Assembly: GCA_021849125.1 (NCBI GenBank)
Contig: JAJZTG010000005.1
Span: 1-55,573 of the forward strand
Direction: 5' to 3'
DNA length: 55,573 bases
From: a bacterium
GTDB lineage: Bacteria > Patescibacteriota > Minisyncoccia > Phycocordibacterales > Phycocordibacteraceae
In this document: positions 1 to 8,948 of the stretch, one piece after another
Numbering within the stretch: position 1 is the first letter of the stretch
Layout: every line of letters starts with the position of its first letter
The notes under the pieces: model-generated
What the model was told of the DNA's origin: nothing
Seen by the model: the letters and a program-made list of their open reading frames with translations, nothing else
Databases searched by the model: none
Program-made: the position numbers and the translations under genes

Positions 1-96
1 ACTGTCCGCCGTGGTGGGTGATGACCATATAGTGCTTTCATTTTAGCACGAAATACACGAATAAAGAAGCACACGCCCGCCGCTCCGCAGCGGGCG

Positions 97-105
97 TGCT
101 ATAGT
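97..105 (+). promoter_or_regulatory. -10-like box TGCTATAGT upstream of the first CDS
   Basis: Same TGCTATA(G/C)T motif recurs at 588-596 and 2323-2331 upstream of other + strand genes. Confidence 0.4.
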
Positions 106-177
106 CTCCCCAGGAGCTCCTTGCAGAAGATCGTACGGATCTCCCACTCCCGAAACCAGGAAAGTTAGGAGGCTGTT

Positions 178-510
178 ATGAACCAAGTCTTCACCAAGAA
201 GAAGCTGGCTGCTGCGCTGACGTTAGCGTTCGTCGCCGGCGGTGCTGCTCTGCTCGCCGTGGCGCCAGTGCCCGGTCTGGTTGCCGCAGCACAAGCTGAC
301 CAATCCGCAAACGCGAGCCAAAACGCGGACTGGGACTCCACCAAAGGCGACATCTGGGCCAACGACAAAAGGCCAACGCCTTCCCCGGCCCTTGGTAGCG
401 ATTCCAAGGCACAAACCGCCAACGAAGGCTGGACGGATTGGCCGAACAACGACGGTGTCACTGCCGACGGCATCGTGAAGTCCGACCCGAGCATCAAGTT
501 CATCATCTGA
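178..510 (+). CDS. small secreted protein of unknown function
   Basis: AGGAGG 6 nt upstream of ATG. N-terminus KKKLAAALTLAFVAGGAALLAVAPVPGLVAAAQA looks like a Sec signal peptide. Followed by hairpin GCACCCTCC-CACA-AGGAGGGTGC plus T-run at about 549-580. Confidence 0.6.
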   Translation: MNQVFTKKKLAAALTLAFVAGGAALLAVAPVPGLVAAAQADQSANASQNADWDSTKGDIWANDKRPTPSPALGSDSKAQTANEGWTDWPNNDGVTADGIVKSDPSIKFII

Positions 511-683
511 CTGCCCGAGCCCGCGGCCAAGCAACCCGCTTAGCCGCCGCACCCTCCCACAAGGAGGGTGCAATTCTTTTATATATGTGCTATAGTCCTC
601 CCATCGCGTGCGACCAGTAAGAAGCGACTAACCCTTCGCGAAAGCGAACACCGCTCCCGAAAGCCTGCACCGCTTTATATTTC

Positions 684-1802
684 ATGTCTGAAGAAAAGAA
701 GGTTGTCGCACCGGCAGCCACCATTCATCTCTCGGAAGGTCACCCGATGGCCGCATTCGTCGAGTCCATCCCGACCCCGCCTTCCTCGGGCGACCTCGTC
801 GAGGGCACGATCATCGCGATCTCTCGCGGTCGTGTCTACGTCGCGCTCCCGCCGTTCGGTACCGGCCTCATCTACGGCCGCGAGTACCTGAACGCCGCTG
901 ACGTCCTCCGCAAGGCGAACCCGGGCGATACGATCAGCGCCAAGGTCGTCGATCCCTCTGGCCGTGACGGCTACATCGAGCTCTCCCTCAAGGAGGCGCG
1001 CCAGGCAGCTATCTGGGGCGAAGCCGAGACTGCGATCCTTTCGCAGACCCCGTACTCGCTCATCGTCGAGGAAGCGAACAAGGGCGGTCTCATCCTCTCG
1101 TGGCAGGGCATCCAGGGCTTCCTCCCGGCTTCCCAGCTCTCGAGCGAGCACTATCCGCGCGTGCCGGAGGGCGACAAGGACAAGATTCTTGGCGAACTCA
1201 TGCTCCTCGTCGGCAAGCCGCTTTCGGTCCGCATCATCACCGCAGACCCGAAGGAGAACAAGCTCATCTTCTCGGAGCGCACGGGCAACGAGGCTGAAGA
1301 GAAGGGTTCCCTCATCGACAAGTACCAGGTGGGTGATATCGTCGAGGGCGAAGTCACAGGTATCGTCGACTTCGGTATCTTCGTGAAGCTCGAGCAGGGT
1401 CTCGAGGGTCTCGCACACATCAGCGAGCTCGACTGGGGCCTCGTCGAGGATCCTCACGCGCTCTTTGCCGTAGGCGATACGGTCCGCGTGAAGATCATCG
1501 AGATCAAGGACGGCAAGATCTCCCTCTCGGTGAAGGCGCTCAAGGATAACCCGTGGCACACCGCCGACGAGCGTTACAAGAAGGGCATGGAGGTTCCGGG
1601 CGTCATCATCAAGTACAACAAGCATGGCGCACTCGCTTCCATCGAGGAAGGTGTCGCCGGTCTCATCCACGTGAGCGAGTTCGCCTCCCCGGCTGAGCTT
1701 CGCGAGACGCTTGAGCTCGGTAAGACCTATCCGTTCACGATTGCCCTCTTCGAGCCGAAGGAGCAGCGCATGACGCTCACCTATACGGCCAAGAAGAAGT
1801 AA
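684..1802 (+). CDS. rpsA: ribosomal protein S1-like protein (several S1 RNA-binding repeats)
   Basis: 372 aa with repeated G-x-V-x-G-x-V...GxFV/GL.H.SE motifs typical of S1 domains. Strong terminator hairpin follows at 1819-1863. Confidence 0.85.
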   Translation: MSEEKKVVAPAATIHLSEGHPMAAFVESIPTPPSSGDLVEGTIIAISRGRVYVALPPFGTGLIYGREYLNAADVLRKANPGDTISAKVVDPSGRDGYIELSLKEARQAAIWGEAETAILSQTPYSLIVEEANKGGLILSWQGIQGFLPASQLSSEHYPRVPEGDKDKILGELMLLVGKPLSVRIITADPKENKLIFSERTGNEAEEKGSLIDKYQVGDIVEGEVTGIVDFGIFVKLEQGLEGLAHISELDWGLVEDPHALFAVGDTVRVKIIEIKDGKISLSVKALKDNPWHTADERYKKGMEVPGVIIKYNKHGALASIEEGVAGLIHVSEFASPAELRETLELGKTYPFTIALFEPKEQRMTLTYTAKKK

Positions 1803-1818
1803 CTATTCGTAGTCAGAC

Positions 1819-1863
1819 ACGAAACACCCGCGGCGCCGTACGGCGCCGCGGGTGTTTCGTTTG
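1819..1863 (+). terminator. rho-independent terminator after the S1-like gene
   Basis: Perfect hairpin ACGAAACACCCGCGGCGCC-GTAC-GGCGCCGCGGGTGTTTCGT followed by TTT. Confidence 0.7.
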
Positions 1864-1929
1864 ACGTCATGCATGCTCGACGATAGGCTCTCAGAAGATT
1901 GCCCATTCACCAGACGAGGAGTGTTAACC

Positions 1930-2277
1930 ATGTCTACCAAGGCTACCCTGTATATTGTCCGTTTTACCGCTCGTTCGACGATGCCTGAAGGTGTCGAGCC
2001 GTTTAACCTCTGGGGCGAACTCAGAGAAGCCATGAACACGCCGTCCAAATTCGTCATTTATACACCCGCAACGTGCTTCTCGGTACCCAACGCCCCTCAT
2101 CCGTTTACTACGCAAGAAGTGCGGATATCATTTATCCAGAAACCGTCTGACCGGGAACTCTCTGCGCTGCTGTCCCGGCTTGAGGAAGCGGTGCGTGTAA
2201 ACGGGCGCTACTCGACCCGCGGCCTCACCGCGCTCGACGCATGGTCAGGTTTCGAACTCACCATCACACGCGAATGA
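1930..2277 (+). CDS. hypothetical protein (115 aa)
   Basis: GAGGAG 8 nt upstream of ATG 1930. ORF ends before terminator ACGGCGCCC-TCG-GGCGCCGT+TTTTT. No recognisable motifs. Confidence 0.5.
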   Translation: MSTKATLYIVRFTARSTMPEGVEPFNLWGELREAMNTPSKFVIYTPATCFSVPNAPHPFTTQEVRISFIQKPSDRELSALLSRLEEAVRVNGRYSTRGLTALDAWSGFELTITRE

Positions 2278-2338
2278 ATCGTCTCTTCATTTTGTCACGG
2301 CGCCCTCGGGCGCCGTCGTTTTTGCTATACTCGCACTC

Positions 2339-2944
2339 ATGAAGCAAGTGGTGATCATCCATGGCGGGGATACGTTCAAGAGCTACGACGATTACCTCTC
2401 ACACCTCAAGGAAAAGAAAATCGAGAGTCTGGACTACTTCATCGGGTATCCGGACTGGAAACAGACCTTCCAACTCTATCTCGGCTTTGGCGGGAACTAT
2501 CAAGTCATCTCCCCACGGATGCCCAACAAGCAGAATGCGAAGTATCTCGAATGGCAGATCTGGTTCGAAAAACTCATCCCTTTTCTGGAAGATGGTGCTA
2601 TTCTCGTCGGACACTCGCTGGGTGGGAGTTTCTTGGTGCGGTACCTGGCAGAAAACAGGCTGCCGATCCGCCTTGATGGTATCTTCCTCGTCGCCGTACC
2701 ATACGACGCGGACGATGAGCTTACTGAGGAATTCGCCGCACCGGCTTCCTTCTCGCTTCTTTCCGAGCAATGCGCCAATATCTTCCTGTATTACAGCGAG
2801 GACGACCCTGTCGTACCCTTTACTGAGCTCGCGAAGTACCAAGCGGCACTTCCTCAGGCGACCGTACGTACTTTTACCGATCGCGGACACTTCTTCGCTC
2901 AAGAAACCTTTCCTGAACTCGTCGAGGACATCAAGGGTCTCTAG
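2339..2944 (+). CDS. alpha/beta-fold serine hydrolase (YdeN/RBBP9-like family)
   Basis: About 200 aa with nucleophile elbow GHSLGG and a C-terminal D...H (FTDRGHF). -10 TGCTATACT at 2323-2331 lies 7 nt before the ATG (leaderless). Confidence 0.75.
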   Translation: MKQVVIIHGGDTFKSYDDYLSHLKEKKIESLDYFIGYPDWKQTFQLYLGFGGNYQVISPRMPNKQNAKYLEWQIWFEKLIPFLEDGAILVGHSLGGSFLVRYLAENRLPIRLDGIFLVAVPYDADDELTEEFAAPASFSLLSEQCANIFLYYSEDDPVVPFTELAKYQAALPQATVRTFTDRGHFFAQETFPELVEDIKGL

Positions 2945-3059
2945 ACAAGGTCAAATCTTGTTCAGATATAAAAATGAAGACCGCCGGAACTGCTTGGGTG
3001 GGTATCTAATCCAATCCCAATCCGGCGGGAGCACAGGGGCTCGGGATTATCGTAACAAA

Positions 3060-3656
3060 TCAGCGCGTATTCGCGAACATGGTCGCCGCTTCGACACCCT
3101 CGGCCGCGAAGAGCTGCACCGCTTCGACCGTCTTCTTGAGCGCTTTCTTGAGGGTCGCTTCTTCGGTCGGCTTGAACTTGCCGATCACGTGCTTCACCAC
3201 TTTCTCCTCTCCGGAGACTTTCTTCGCCTGGTTCTTCTTCCCTGCGGCGCTTATACCGATACGGATGCGCGTGAAATCTTTCGTCTTTACGGAGCGCATG
3301 ATGCTTTCGATGCCTTTGTGCCCGCCGCTTCCCCTGCCTACGACCATCTTGATGGTGCCAAGCGGCAGATCGAGGTCATCTTGGAGCACGACCATGCTTT
3401 TTGCGGCTTTAGGCGTCTTCACGAACGCGGCAACCGCTTTCCCAGAAAGGTTCATCATCGTCTCGGGCAAGACCAGCGTCGCTTTCTCGCCTTCTACCTC
3501 TCCTTTTGCCACGAGCGCATTGCTCGTCTTGTTAAAAACGAAATTATCGAAGCCTTCCTGTTTCGCGAGAAGCTCGACCGCCATGCGCCCCGCGTTGTGT
3601 CGCGTCTTTTCGTACTCTTTGCCCGGATTTCCGAGCCCAACGATGACGAGTGCCAT
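3060..3656 (-). CDS. pth: peptidyl-tRNA hydrolase
   Basis: MALVIVGLGNPGKEYEKTRHNAGRM... is the canonical Pth N-terminus. I chose the internal ATG at 3656 within the longer ORF 3060..4004. Confidence 0.9.
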   Translation of the reverse strand: MALVIVGLGNPGKEYEKTRHNAGRMAVELLAKQEGFDNFVFNKTSNALVAKGEVEGEKATLVLPETMMNLSGKAVAAFVKTPKAAKSMVVLQDDLDLPLGTIKMVVGRGSGGHKGIESIMRSVKTKDFTRIRIGISAAGKKNQAKKVSGEEKVVKHVIGKFKPTEEATLKKALKKTVEAVQLFAAEGVEAATMFANTR

Positions 3657-3844
3657 TGCATGAAATGATATCACGAGTACGAACATGCAGTACCCAGAGC
3701 GAATCACGAACCGCACACCATGTGCGATAGGTCGTGACAGGGTGCGACACGAAATCGCGACCTTGCGGAGTCGACGAAGTAGTGTCGCGGGTACCCGCAC
3801 AGACCGACAAGCAAATGGTGTGCGGTTCGTGATATGCAAAAATG

Positions 3845-3872
3845 TTGACGCGCAAAACCGTTCGCGTACAAT
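3845..3872 (+). promoter_or_regulatory. sigma70-like promoter of lepB (TTGACG-16 nt-TACAAT), leaderless
   Basis: -35 TTGACG at 3845-3850 and -10 TACAAT at 3867-3872. The ATG at 3879 lies 6 nt after the -10 box with no SD. Confidence 0.6.
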
Positions 3873-3878
3873 GCACGC

Positions 3879-4454
3879 ATGCAAGACAACGGAAAGGGTC
3901 TTCTGAAGGATCTTTTCACGCTCGCGTTCCTTATTATCGTCGTCGTCATACCGATCAGGCTCTTCGTCGTCTCCCCGTTCGTAGTCGATGGCGAGTCGAT
4001 GCACCCCACCTTCGAGAATCTCGACTACCTCATCGTCAATGAACTCATCTACGTTTTCAAGTCCCCTGCTCGTGGCGACGTGATCGTCTTCCGCTACCCG
4101 GGAAATCCTTCGATCTTCTACATTAAGCGCGTCATCGGCCTCCCTGGCGAGACCGTCTCGATCGTAAAAGGTTCTGTCTCTATCACCGCAGCCGACGGTG
4201 CCACGTTCGAACTTCCCGAGCCCTACATCGTCTACGAGGACGCCACCTATACCAAGAAAGTTACCTTGGGTCCGGACGAATATTTCGTTATGGGTGATAA
4301 TCGCCCGAACAGTTCCGACAGCCGCGTATGGGGGGTTCTGCCTGTAAAGAACATCATCGGCCGCGCCGACCTGCGTCTTCTCCCGCCCTCAGAAAGCGGA
4401 TTCTTCCCGGGTACGACGCAGTACAACCTCGCTTCGACCACGCCTGCCTCATGA
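3879..4454 (+). CDS. lepB: signal peptidase I
   Basis: N-terminal TM segment, catalytic-Ser box VVDGESMHPTF, box E GDNRPNSSDSR. Confidence 0.9.
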   Translation: MQDNGKGLLKDLFTLAFLIIVVVIPIRLFVVSPFVVDGESMHPTFENLDYLIVNELIYVFKSPARGDVIVFRYPGNPSIFYIKRVIGLPGETVSIVKGSVSITAADGATFELPEPYIVYEDATYTKKVTLGPDEYFVMGDNRPNSSDSRVWGVLPVKNIIGRADLRLLPPSESGFFPGTTQYNLASTTPAS

Positions 4455-5599
4455 TGCGCACCACCATCCCGGCCGAAGAGATCCTGCATAAGGCGCATAG
4501 CGTCGGTCAATACTACGGCTTCCGCCCGCTTGCCGATCTCACCGCAAAAGCACGTGGTGCGGCCCGCGCAAAGGGCTATCCTGAAACGCTCGCGGGCATC
4601 ACGCTTGATCCTTCTGCTGAGTCTGTCGCGAGCTTTCTCAAGCAGTGCCAGAACATCGAGGCAGTGCCGTCGAGCCGTCAGCCGCTCTTCCTTTGGCATA
4701 CCAACATCGCTGCCGGACGCGCGCCTCAGAAAAAGGCGGTCGTGCAGTTCCACACGATCGGCGCCGATCGCGCGCTTGCTGATGCGGCGATCATCCGCGC
4801 GGCGCTCGCGCTTGTCCGTGACCTCTATCACGAGGAGCCAGTCCTGCGCATAAACTCGATGGGCGACAAAGAGACGCGCGCCCGCTACGCGCGCGAGCTT
4901 GGCAACTTCTTCAAGAAGCGTGCAGGCACACTCTCCGAAGAATGCCTTTCCCGTGCGAAAAGCGACGCCTTCGATGCGGCAGAATACATCATCGCGAACG
5001 AATGCGCGGATGAGCTCCCTGCGCCGACCGAACACCTCTCCGACGCGAGCCGCAAGCGTTTCGAAGACCTGCTCGAATACCTTGAGATGACCGAGACGCC
5101 GTACGAGCTCGCGCGCACGCTCCTCTCCCGCGGCAACGCGTGGAATGACCTCTGCTTCGAGATCCTCGCGGGCGAGAAGCGTGTCGCCTGGGGTTCGCGC
5201 TACAACGAGCTTGCGCGCCATTTCTTCAAGACGCCGTCACCGTTAACCGCGACTGGCGTCGTACTCACCTTTGCAAGCGGCGGTACGGCGGTCGTGAAGA
5301 AGGCACCGAGTCCGCGCATCCGCTTCTCGTTCGTCCACATCGGCGACGAAGCGAAACGCCTGTCGATCAAACTCGCTGAAGATCTGCGGAAAGCGCGTGT
5401 GCCCTTGGTGCAGCATATCGGCGTCGAGTCCCTCACCGAGCAGATGCTCCTCGCCGAACATGCTTCGACTCCGTATCTCCTCATCATGGGCCGCAAGGAA
5501 GCTCTCGAGTCTTCTGCCATCCTTCGCCATCGCGAGAATCAGACCGAGACCACCATCCCGCTTGCAAGCCTTATTGAACGGCTTAAGGCAACGGCGTAG
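4451..5599 (+). CDS. histidyl-tRNA synthetase-like protein with degenerate catalytic motifs and an intact anticodon-binding domain
   Basis: RINSMGDKETRARYARELGNFF resembles the HisRS LNS(I/L)G...R..Y region. The C-terminal about 90 aa resembles the class IIa anticodon-binding domain. Start ATG 4451 overlaps the lepB stop (ATGA). Motif 2, motif 3 and the LRPEGT box are all altered (see finding). Confidence 0.6.
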   Translation: MMRTTIPAEEILHKAHSVGQYYGFRPLADLTAKARGAARAKGYPETLAGITLDPSAESVASFLKQCQNIEAVPSSRQPLFLWHTNIAAGRAPQKKAVVQFHTIGADRALADAAIIRAALALVRDLYHEEPVLRINSMGDKETRARYARELGNFFKKRAGTLSEECLSRAKSDAFDAAEYIIANECADELPAPTEHLSDASRKRFEDLLEYLEMTETPYELARTLLSRGNAWNDLCFEILAGEKRVAWGSRYNELARHFFKTPSPLTATGVVLTFASGGTAVVKKAPSPRIRFSFVHIGDEAKRLSIKLAEDLRKARVPLVQHIGVESLTEQMLLAEHASTPYLLIMGRKEALESSAILRHRENQTETTIPLASLIERLKATA

Positions 5600-5636
5600 A
5601 CAATCCGTAGCCCCTTGTGGTAGGATGTCCTCTATT

Positions 5637-5900
5637 ATGGCAGCAGCAGAAGCAATACGAGTCGAAGTGCGCCGCGGCAAGAACGAGAGTTCGATGTCGC
5701 TTATCCGCCGCTTCACCCGCCGCGCCCAGGGCCTCGGCGTCGTTCGCGCCGTGCGCGATGGCCGCTACTGGGAGCGCGACAAGTCGAAGAACGTCGAGCG
5801 CAAGCGCGCCCTCGTCTCCCTTGCCCGCCGCAAGAACTACAACGAGCTCGTGAAGCTCGGCAAGATCGACCCGACTGCGCGCAAGACGCGCCGCCGCTAA
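5637..5900 (+). CDS. rpsU: 30S ribosomal protein S21
   Basis: IRVEVRRGKNESSMSLIRRFTRR...ERKRA...ARRK, a basic 87-aa S21-like sequence. AGGA lies 11 nt upstream of ATG 5637 (ATG 5625 is an alternative). Confidence 0.85.
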   Translation: MAAAEAIRVEVRRGKNESSMSLIRRFTRRAQGLGVVRAVRDGRYWERDKSKNVERKRALVSLARRKNYNELVKLGKIDPTARKTRRR

Positions 5901-5909
5901 AGGCCCGGG

Positions 5910-6371
5910 ATGGCTGGTATCGACACTCGAAACATGACGCGGCGCTCAGTGCCGCGTTTTCCATATGCCCGCGTCGCCGACGAGGTTCTTCCCGACTGGG
6001 ATGTCTCCCTCGTATTCGTCGGTCCGAAGAAAGCACGCGATCTGAATATTGAGTTGCGTGGCAAATCATACATCCCGAACGTCCTCTCCTATGCGCTCGG
6101 GGAAAAGAATGGCGAGATCTTCATCTGCCTCGAGGAAGCCGAGCGTCAGGCGCCCGAACACGAGATGGATGCGCGCACCTTCGTCCTTTTCCTGTTTATC
6201 CACGGATTACTTCATTTGAAGGGACAGGCTCATGGCGCTACTATGGAGAGATGCGAAAAGGAACTCCTTGCGAAATACGCTCCGGGTCCGGCGCGCAAAT
6301 CCTCTCATGGCACGACGCATAGCAACCGGAATCGACATAGGCACCTACCAGGTAAAGGTAGTGGTCGTTGA
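5910..6371 (+). CDS. ybeY: endoribonuclease YbeY (rRNA maturation factor)
   Basis: HGLLHLKGQAHG matches the H-x3-H-x5-H zinc motif. The 3' end overlaps ftsA by about 65 nt. Confidence 0.85.
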   Translation: MAGIDTRNMTRRSVPRFPYARVADEVLPDWDVSLVFVGPKKARDLNIELRGKSYIPNVLSYALGEKNGEIFICLEEAERQAPEHEMDARTFVLFLFIHGLLHLKGQAHGATMERCEKELLAKYAPGPARKSSHGTTHSNRNRHRHLPGKGSGR

Positions 6372-7464
6372 GGAATTCTCCGATAAGAGTCGGGGACGTC
6401 AGCTGCGCATCATCGGTACCGGCCTTGCCGAATCGAAAGGGCTTCATCACGGCTACATCGTCAACAAGGAAGAAGTGACTGCCAGCATCCTCAAAGCGAA
6501 GGAACAGGCTGAAGCCACCGCTCGGGTCCCGATCCGCTCCGCATTCCTCGCGGTAGGAGGCATCTCGCTCGACGAGGCGCGCGCGACTGGTTCCGCGATC
6601 ATCTCCCGTGCGGACCAGGAAATCACCGCGCTCGACATTGATAAGGCGATCAAGAGCGCACGCGAAGCAGCTGCACCAGGTTTCCTCAACCGTCAGGTCC
6701 TCCACAGCATTCCGGTCGAGTACCGTGTCGATGGAGCGAAGGTGTTCGGCGACCCGGTCGGCATGAAAGGCGTCCGCCTCGAGATCGATTATCTCTTCGT
6801 CACCTGCCTCGCCCAGCATGCGGACATGCTCGCAAAGGCGGTCGAGGACGCCGACATCGAGATTGTCGATCAGATGGCGTCGCCTTTGGCTGGTTCCTAC
6901 GTGCTTCTCGAGGGCGAGCAGAAGATGAAAGGCTGCGTGCTTGCGAATATCGGCGCTGAGACTGTCTCGATCGTGGTTTACGATGAGGGTATCCCTATTT
7001 CCGTGAAGGTCTTCCCGACCGGCTCGAGCCACATTACCGACGACATCGCGCTCGGTTTCCGCATCTCGCTTGAAGAAGCGGAGCGGGTGAAGCTCGGACG
7101 CCTCTCCGGTACGATGTATCCGCGCAAGAAGATCGATGATCTCGTCTTGGGTCGCCTCTCGGCGATGTTCACGCTCATCGACAAGCACTTGAAGTCGCTC
7201 GGCCGCCGCGGCCCTTTGCCTGCCGGCATCATCATCTCGGGCGGAGGTGCCGGTATCGGGAACGTAAGCGACATCGCGAAAGGCTCGCTGAAGCTTCCAG
7301 CGCGTCTCGCCGAATTCCGCATCTCTTCCGACACTAAGATGCGTGATGCGACCTGGGCCGTCTCCTACGGTCTGGCACTCTGGGGCCTTACTGGTGACAC
7401 GAACGCCCCTAAGAAGAGCTTTTCTGCTTCCTTCAACAAGTTCATTCAGCAATTCCTCCCTTAG
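6307..7464 (+). CDS. ftsA: cell division protein FtsA
   Basis: Actin-like ATPase N-terminus IATGIDIGTYQVKVVVVE and ISGGGAG phosphate-2 motif. Lies immediately upstream of ftsZ. Confidence 0.9.
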   Translation: MARRIATGIDIGTYQVKVVVVEEFSDKSRGRQLRIIGTGLAESKGLHHGYIVNKEEVTASILKAKEQAEATARVPIRSAFLAVGGISLDEARATGSAIISRADQEITALDIDKAIKSAREAAAPGFLNRQVLHSIPVEYRVDGAKVFGDPVGMKGVRLEIDYLFVTCLAQHADMLAKAVEDADIEIVDQMASPLAGSYVLLEGEQKMKGCVLANIGAETVSIVVYDEGIPISVKVFPTGSSHITDDIALGFRISLEEAERVKLGRLSGTMYPRKKIDDLVLGRLSAMFTLIDKHLKSLGRRGPLPAGIIISGGGAGIGNVSDIAKGSLKLPARLAEFRISSDTKMRDATWAVSYGLALWGLTGDTNAPKKSFSASFNKFIQQFLP

Positions 7465-7569
7465 TTCGCTCAAAACGGGGTTCAGACGACAATTCGCATC
7501 CCGATATTGTCAATATTTGCATACTGGTCGGTTCTGTTATGATGGCGGTAATCAGCCAATTTTTAAGCC

Positions 7570-8853
7570 ATGTCTAAACGCGTTGAACCAGAAATCGAGA
7601 CATTTGCCCGCATCCGCGTGGTCGGTGTCGGAGGGTCCGGCAAGAATGCCGTCAATCACATGATCGAGTCGAAGGTGCGTGGCGTCGAGTTCATCGCGGT
7701 GAACTCCGATGCACAGGACCTGCATCGCTCGCTCGCTAAGAAGAAGATCCATATCGGCAAGAATCTCACTCGCGGGCTTGGCACCGGCATGAACCCGGAG
7801 CTCGGCAAGCGTGCAGCGGAAGAGACGCGTCAGGAGATCCAGGAAGCGCTTCAGGGTTCGGACATGGTCTTCATCACGGGCGGTATGGGTGGCGGCACCG
7901 GCACAGGCGCCTCGTCGGTCGTCGCGAAGATCGCGAAGGAATCCGGCGCGCTCGTTATTGCGGTCGTGACCAAGCCGTTCTCTTTCGAAGGTGCCCAGCG
8001 TAAGGACATCGCGGAGCGCGGCCTTGCCGATCTCAAGAAGGAAGTAGACGCCTTCATCGTGATCCCGAACGACAAGCTTCTCTCGGTGGTCGACATGAAC
8101 ACCACCGCCAAGAGCGCCTTTGCCATGTGCGATGAGATCCTTCGCCAGGCTGTCGAAGGCGTATCCGACATCATCACCACCCCAGGCGAGATCAACACCG
8201 ACTTCAACGACATCAAAGCCATTATGGAAGGCGCGGGCCCGGCCCTTATGGGTATCGGCATTTCCGAAGGAGACGACCGCGCTTCGACGGCCGCTAAACA
8301 AGCAGTTAATTCCCCACTTCTCGATGTTTCGATCGGTGGAGCGAAAGGCATCCTCTTCGTGGTCGCTTCGAACGACGACCTCGGCATCATGGAGGTCCAG
8401 GAGGCTGCAAAGGTTATCAACGAGTCGGTCGACAAGAACGCGAAGATTATCTTCGGCATGATGAAGGACGAAAAGCTCAAGAAGGGCCAGATCCGCATCA
8501 TCGTCATCGCGACCGGCTTCCCCGAGAGCGCTGCGCATGCAACCCCGCATGTCGCTGGCTCGGAGCGTTCGCTCTTCTCGATGGCACCGGCTGAGCGTGA
8601 AGAAGAACGTGGCCGCATCTATCACGAAGTCCTCAAGCGCGATGACCATGGTGAACCTGAAGAGACAGCCTCAAAGGAGAAACCTGACCTTAAGAAAAAG
8701 GAGCAGAAGGCCCAGCCTCTCGCTTCTCTTGAAAAAGAAGAGCCGATCGTGACGGCTGTCCCCCACAAGCGCGATGAGCTCGCGACGCCTTCACCGGAAG
8801 ATGATGGCGCCTGGGGAGCGATACCGGAATTCCTCCGTCGTCACAAGAAGTAA
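7570..8853 (+). CDS. ftsZ: cell division GTPase FtsZ
   Basis: VVGVGGSGKNAVNHM and the tubulin signature GGMGGGTGTGASSVVA. Acidic/basic C-terminal linker and tail. Confidence 0.97.
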   Translation: MSKRVEPEIETFARIRVVGVGGSGKNAVNHMIESKVRGVEFIAVNSDAQDLHRSLAKKKIHIGKNLTRGLGTGMNPELGKRAAEETRQEIQEALQGSDMVFITGGMGGGTGTGASSVVAKIAKESGALVIAVVTKPFSFEGAQRKDIAERGLADLKKEVDAFIVIPNDKLLSVVDMNTTAKSAFAMCDEILRQAVEGVSDIITTPGEINTDFNDIKAIMEGAGPALMGIGISEGDDRASTAAKQAVNSPLLDVSIGGAKGILFVVASNDDLGIMEVQEAAKVINESVDKNAKIIFGMMKDEKLKKGQIRIIVIATGFPESAAHATPHVAGSERSLFSMAPAEREEERGRIYHEVLKRDDHGEPEETASKEKPDLKKKEQKAQPLASLEKEEPIVTAVPHKRDELATPSPEDDGAWGAIPEFLRRHKK

Positions 8854-8948
8854 CCTATACGAAAAACGTGTTGCGCGGCCGCCCCTCCGGGGCGGCCGCA
8901 TTCTTTTCCCCATTGCCCTGCTTTTGACCCCGCGTATACTAGGGGCAT

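Noticed and set aside
675-1670. 331-aa ORF antisense to the S1-like gene. There are many similar long antisense or off-frame ORFs: 6241..7473 -, 7552..8649 -, 15395..17290 -, 26122..27111 +, 28894..30036 +, 40325..41698 +, 46401..47477 +, 50797..51555 +, 36801..37616 - and 4247..5221 -
   Set aside because: Each lies entirely opposite a gene with unmistakable conserved motifs (FtsA, FtsZ, ValRS, RNR, FtsH, TypA, ABC-F, RecG and others). Their translations are Arg/Asp/Glu/Leu-rich low-information sequence, typical of shadow ORFs in GC-rich DNA.
2361-3668. 435-aa + strand ORF spanning the hydrolase gene, the intergenic hairpin and the antisense of pth
   Set aside because: It is out of frame with the hydrolase, which has the GHSLGG motif, and antisense to pth. 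The translation is Ser/Arg-rich with no motifs.
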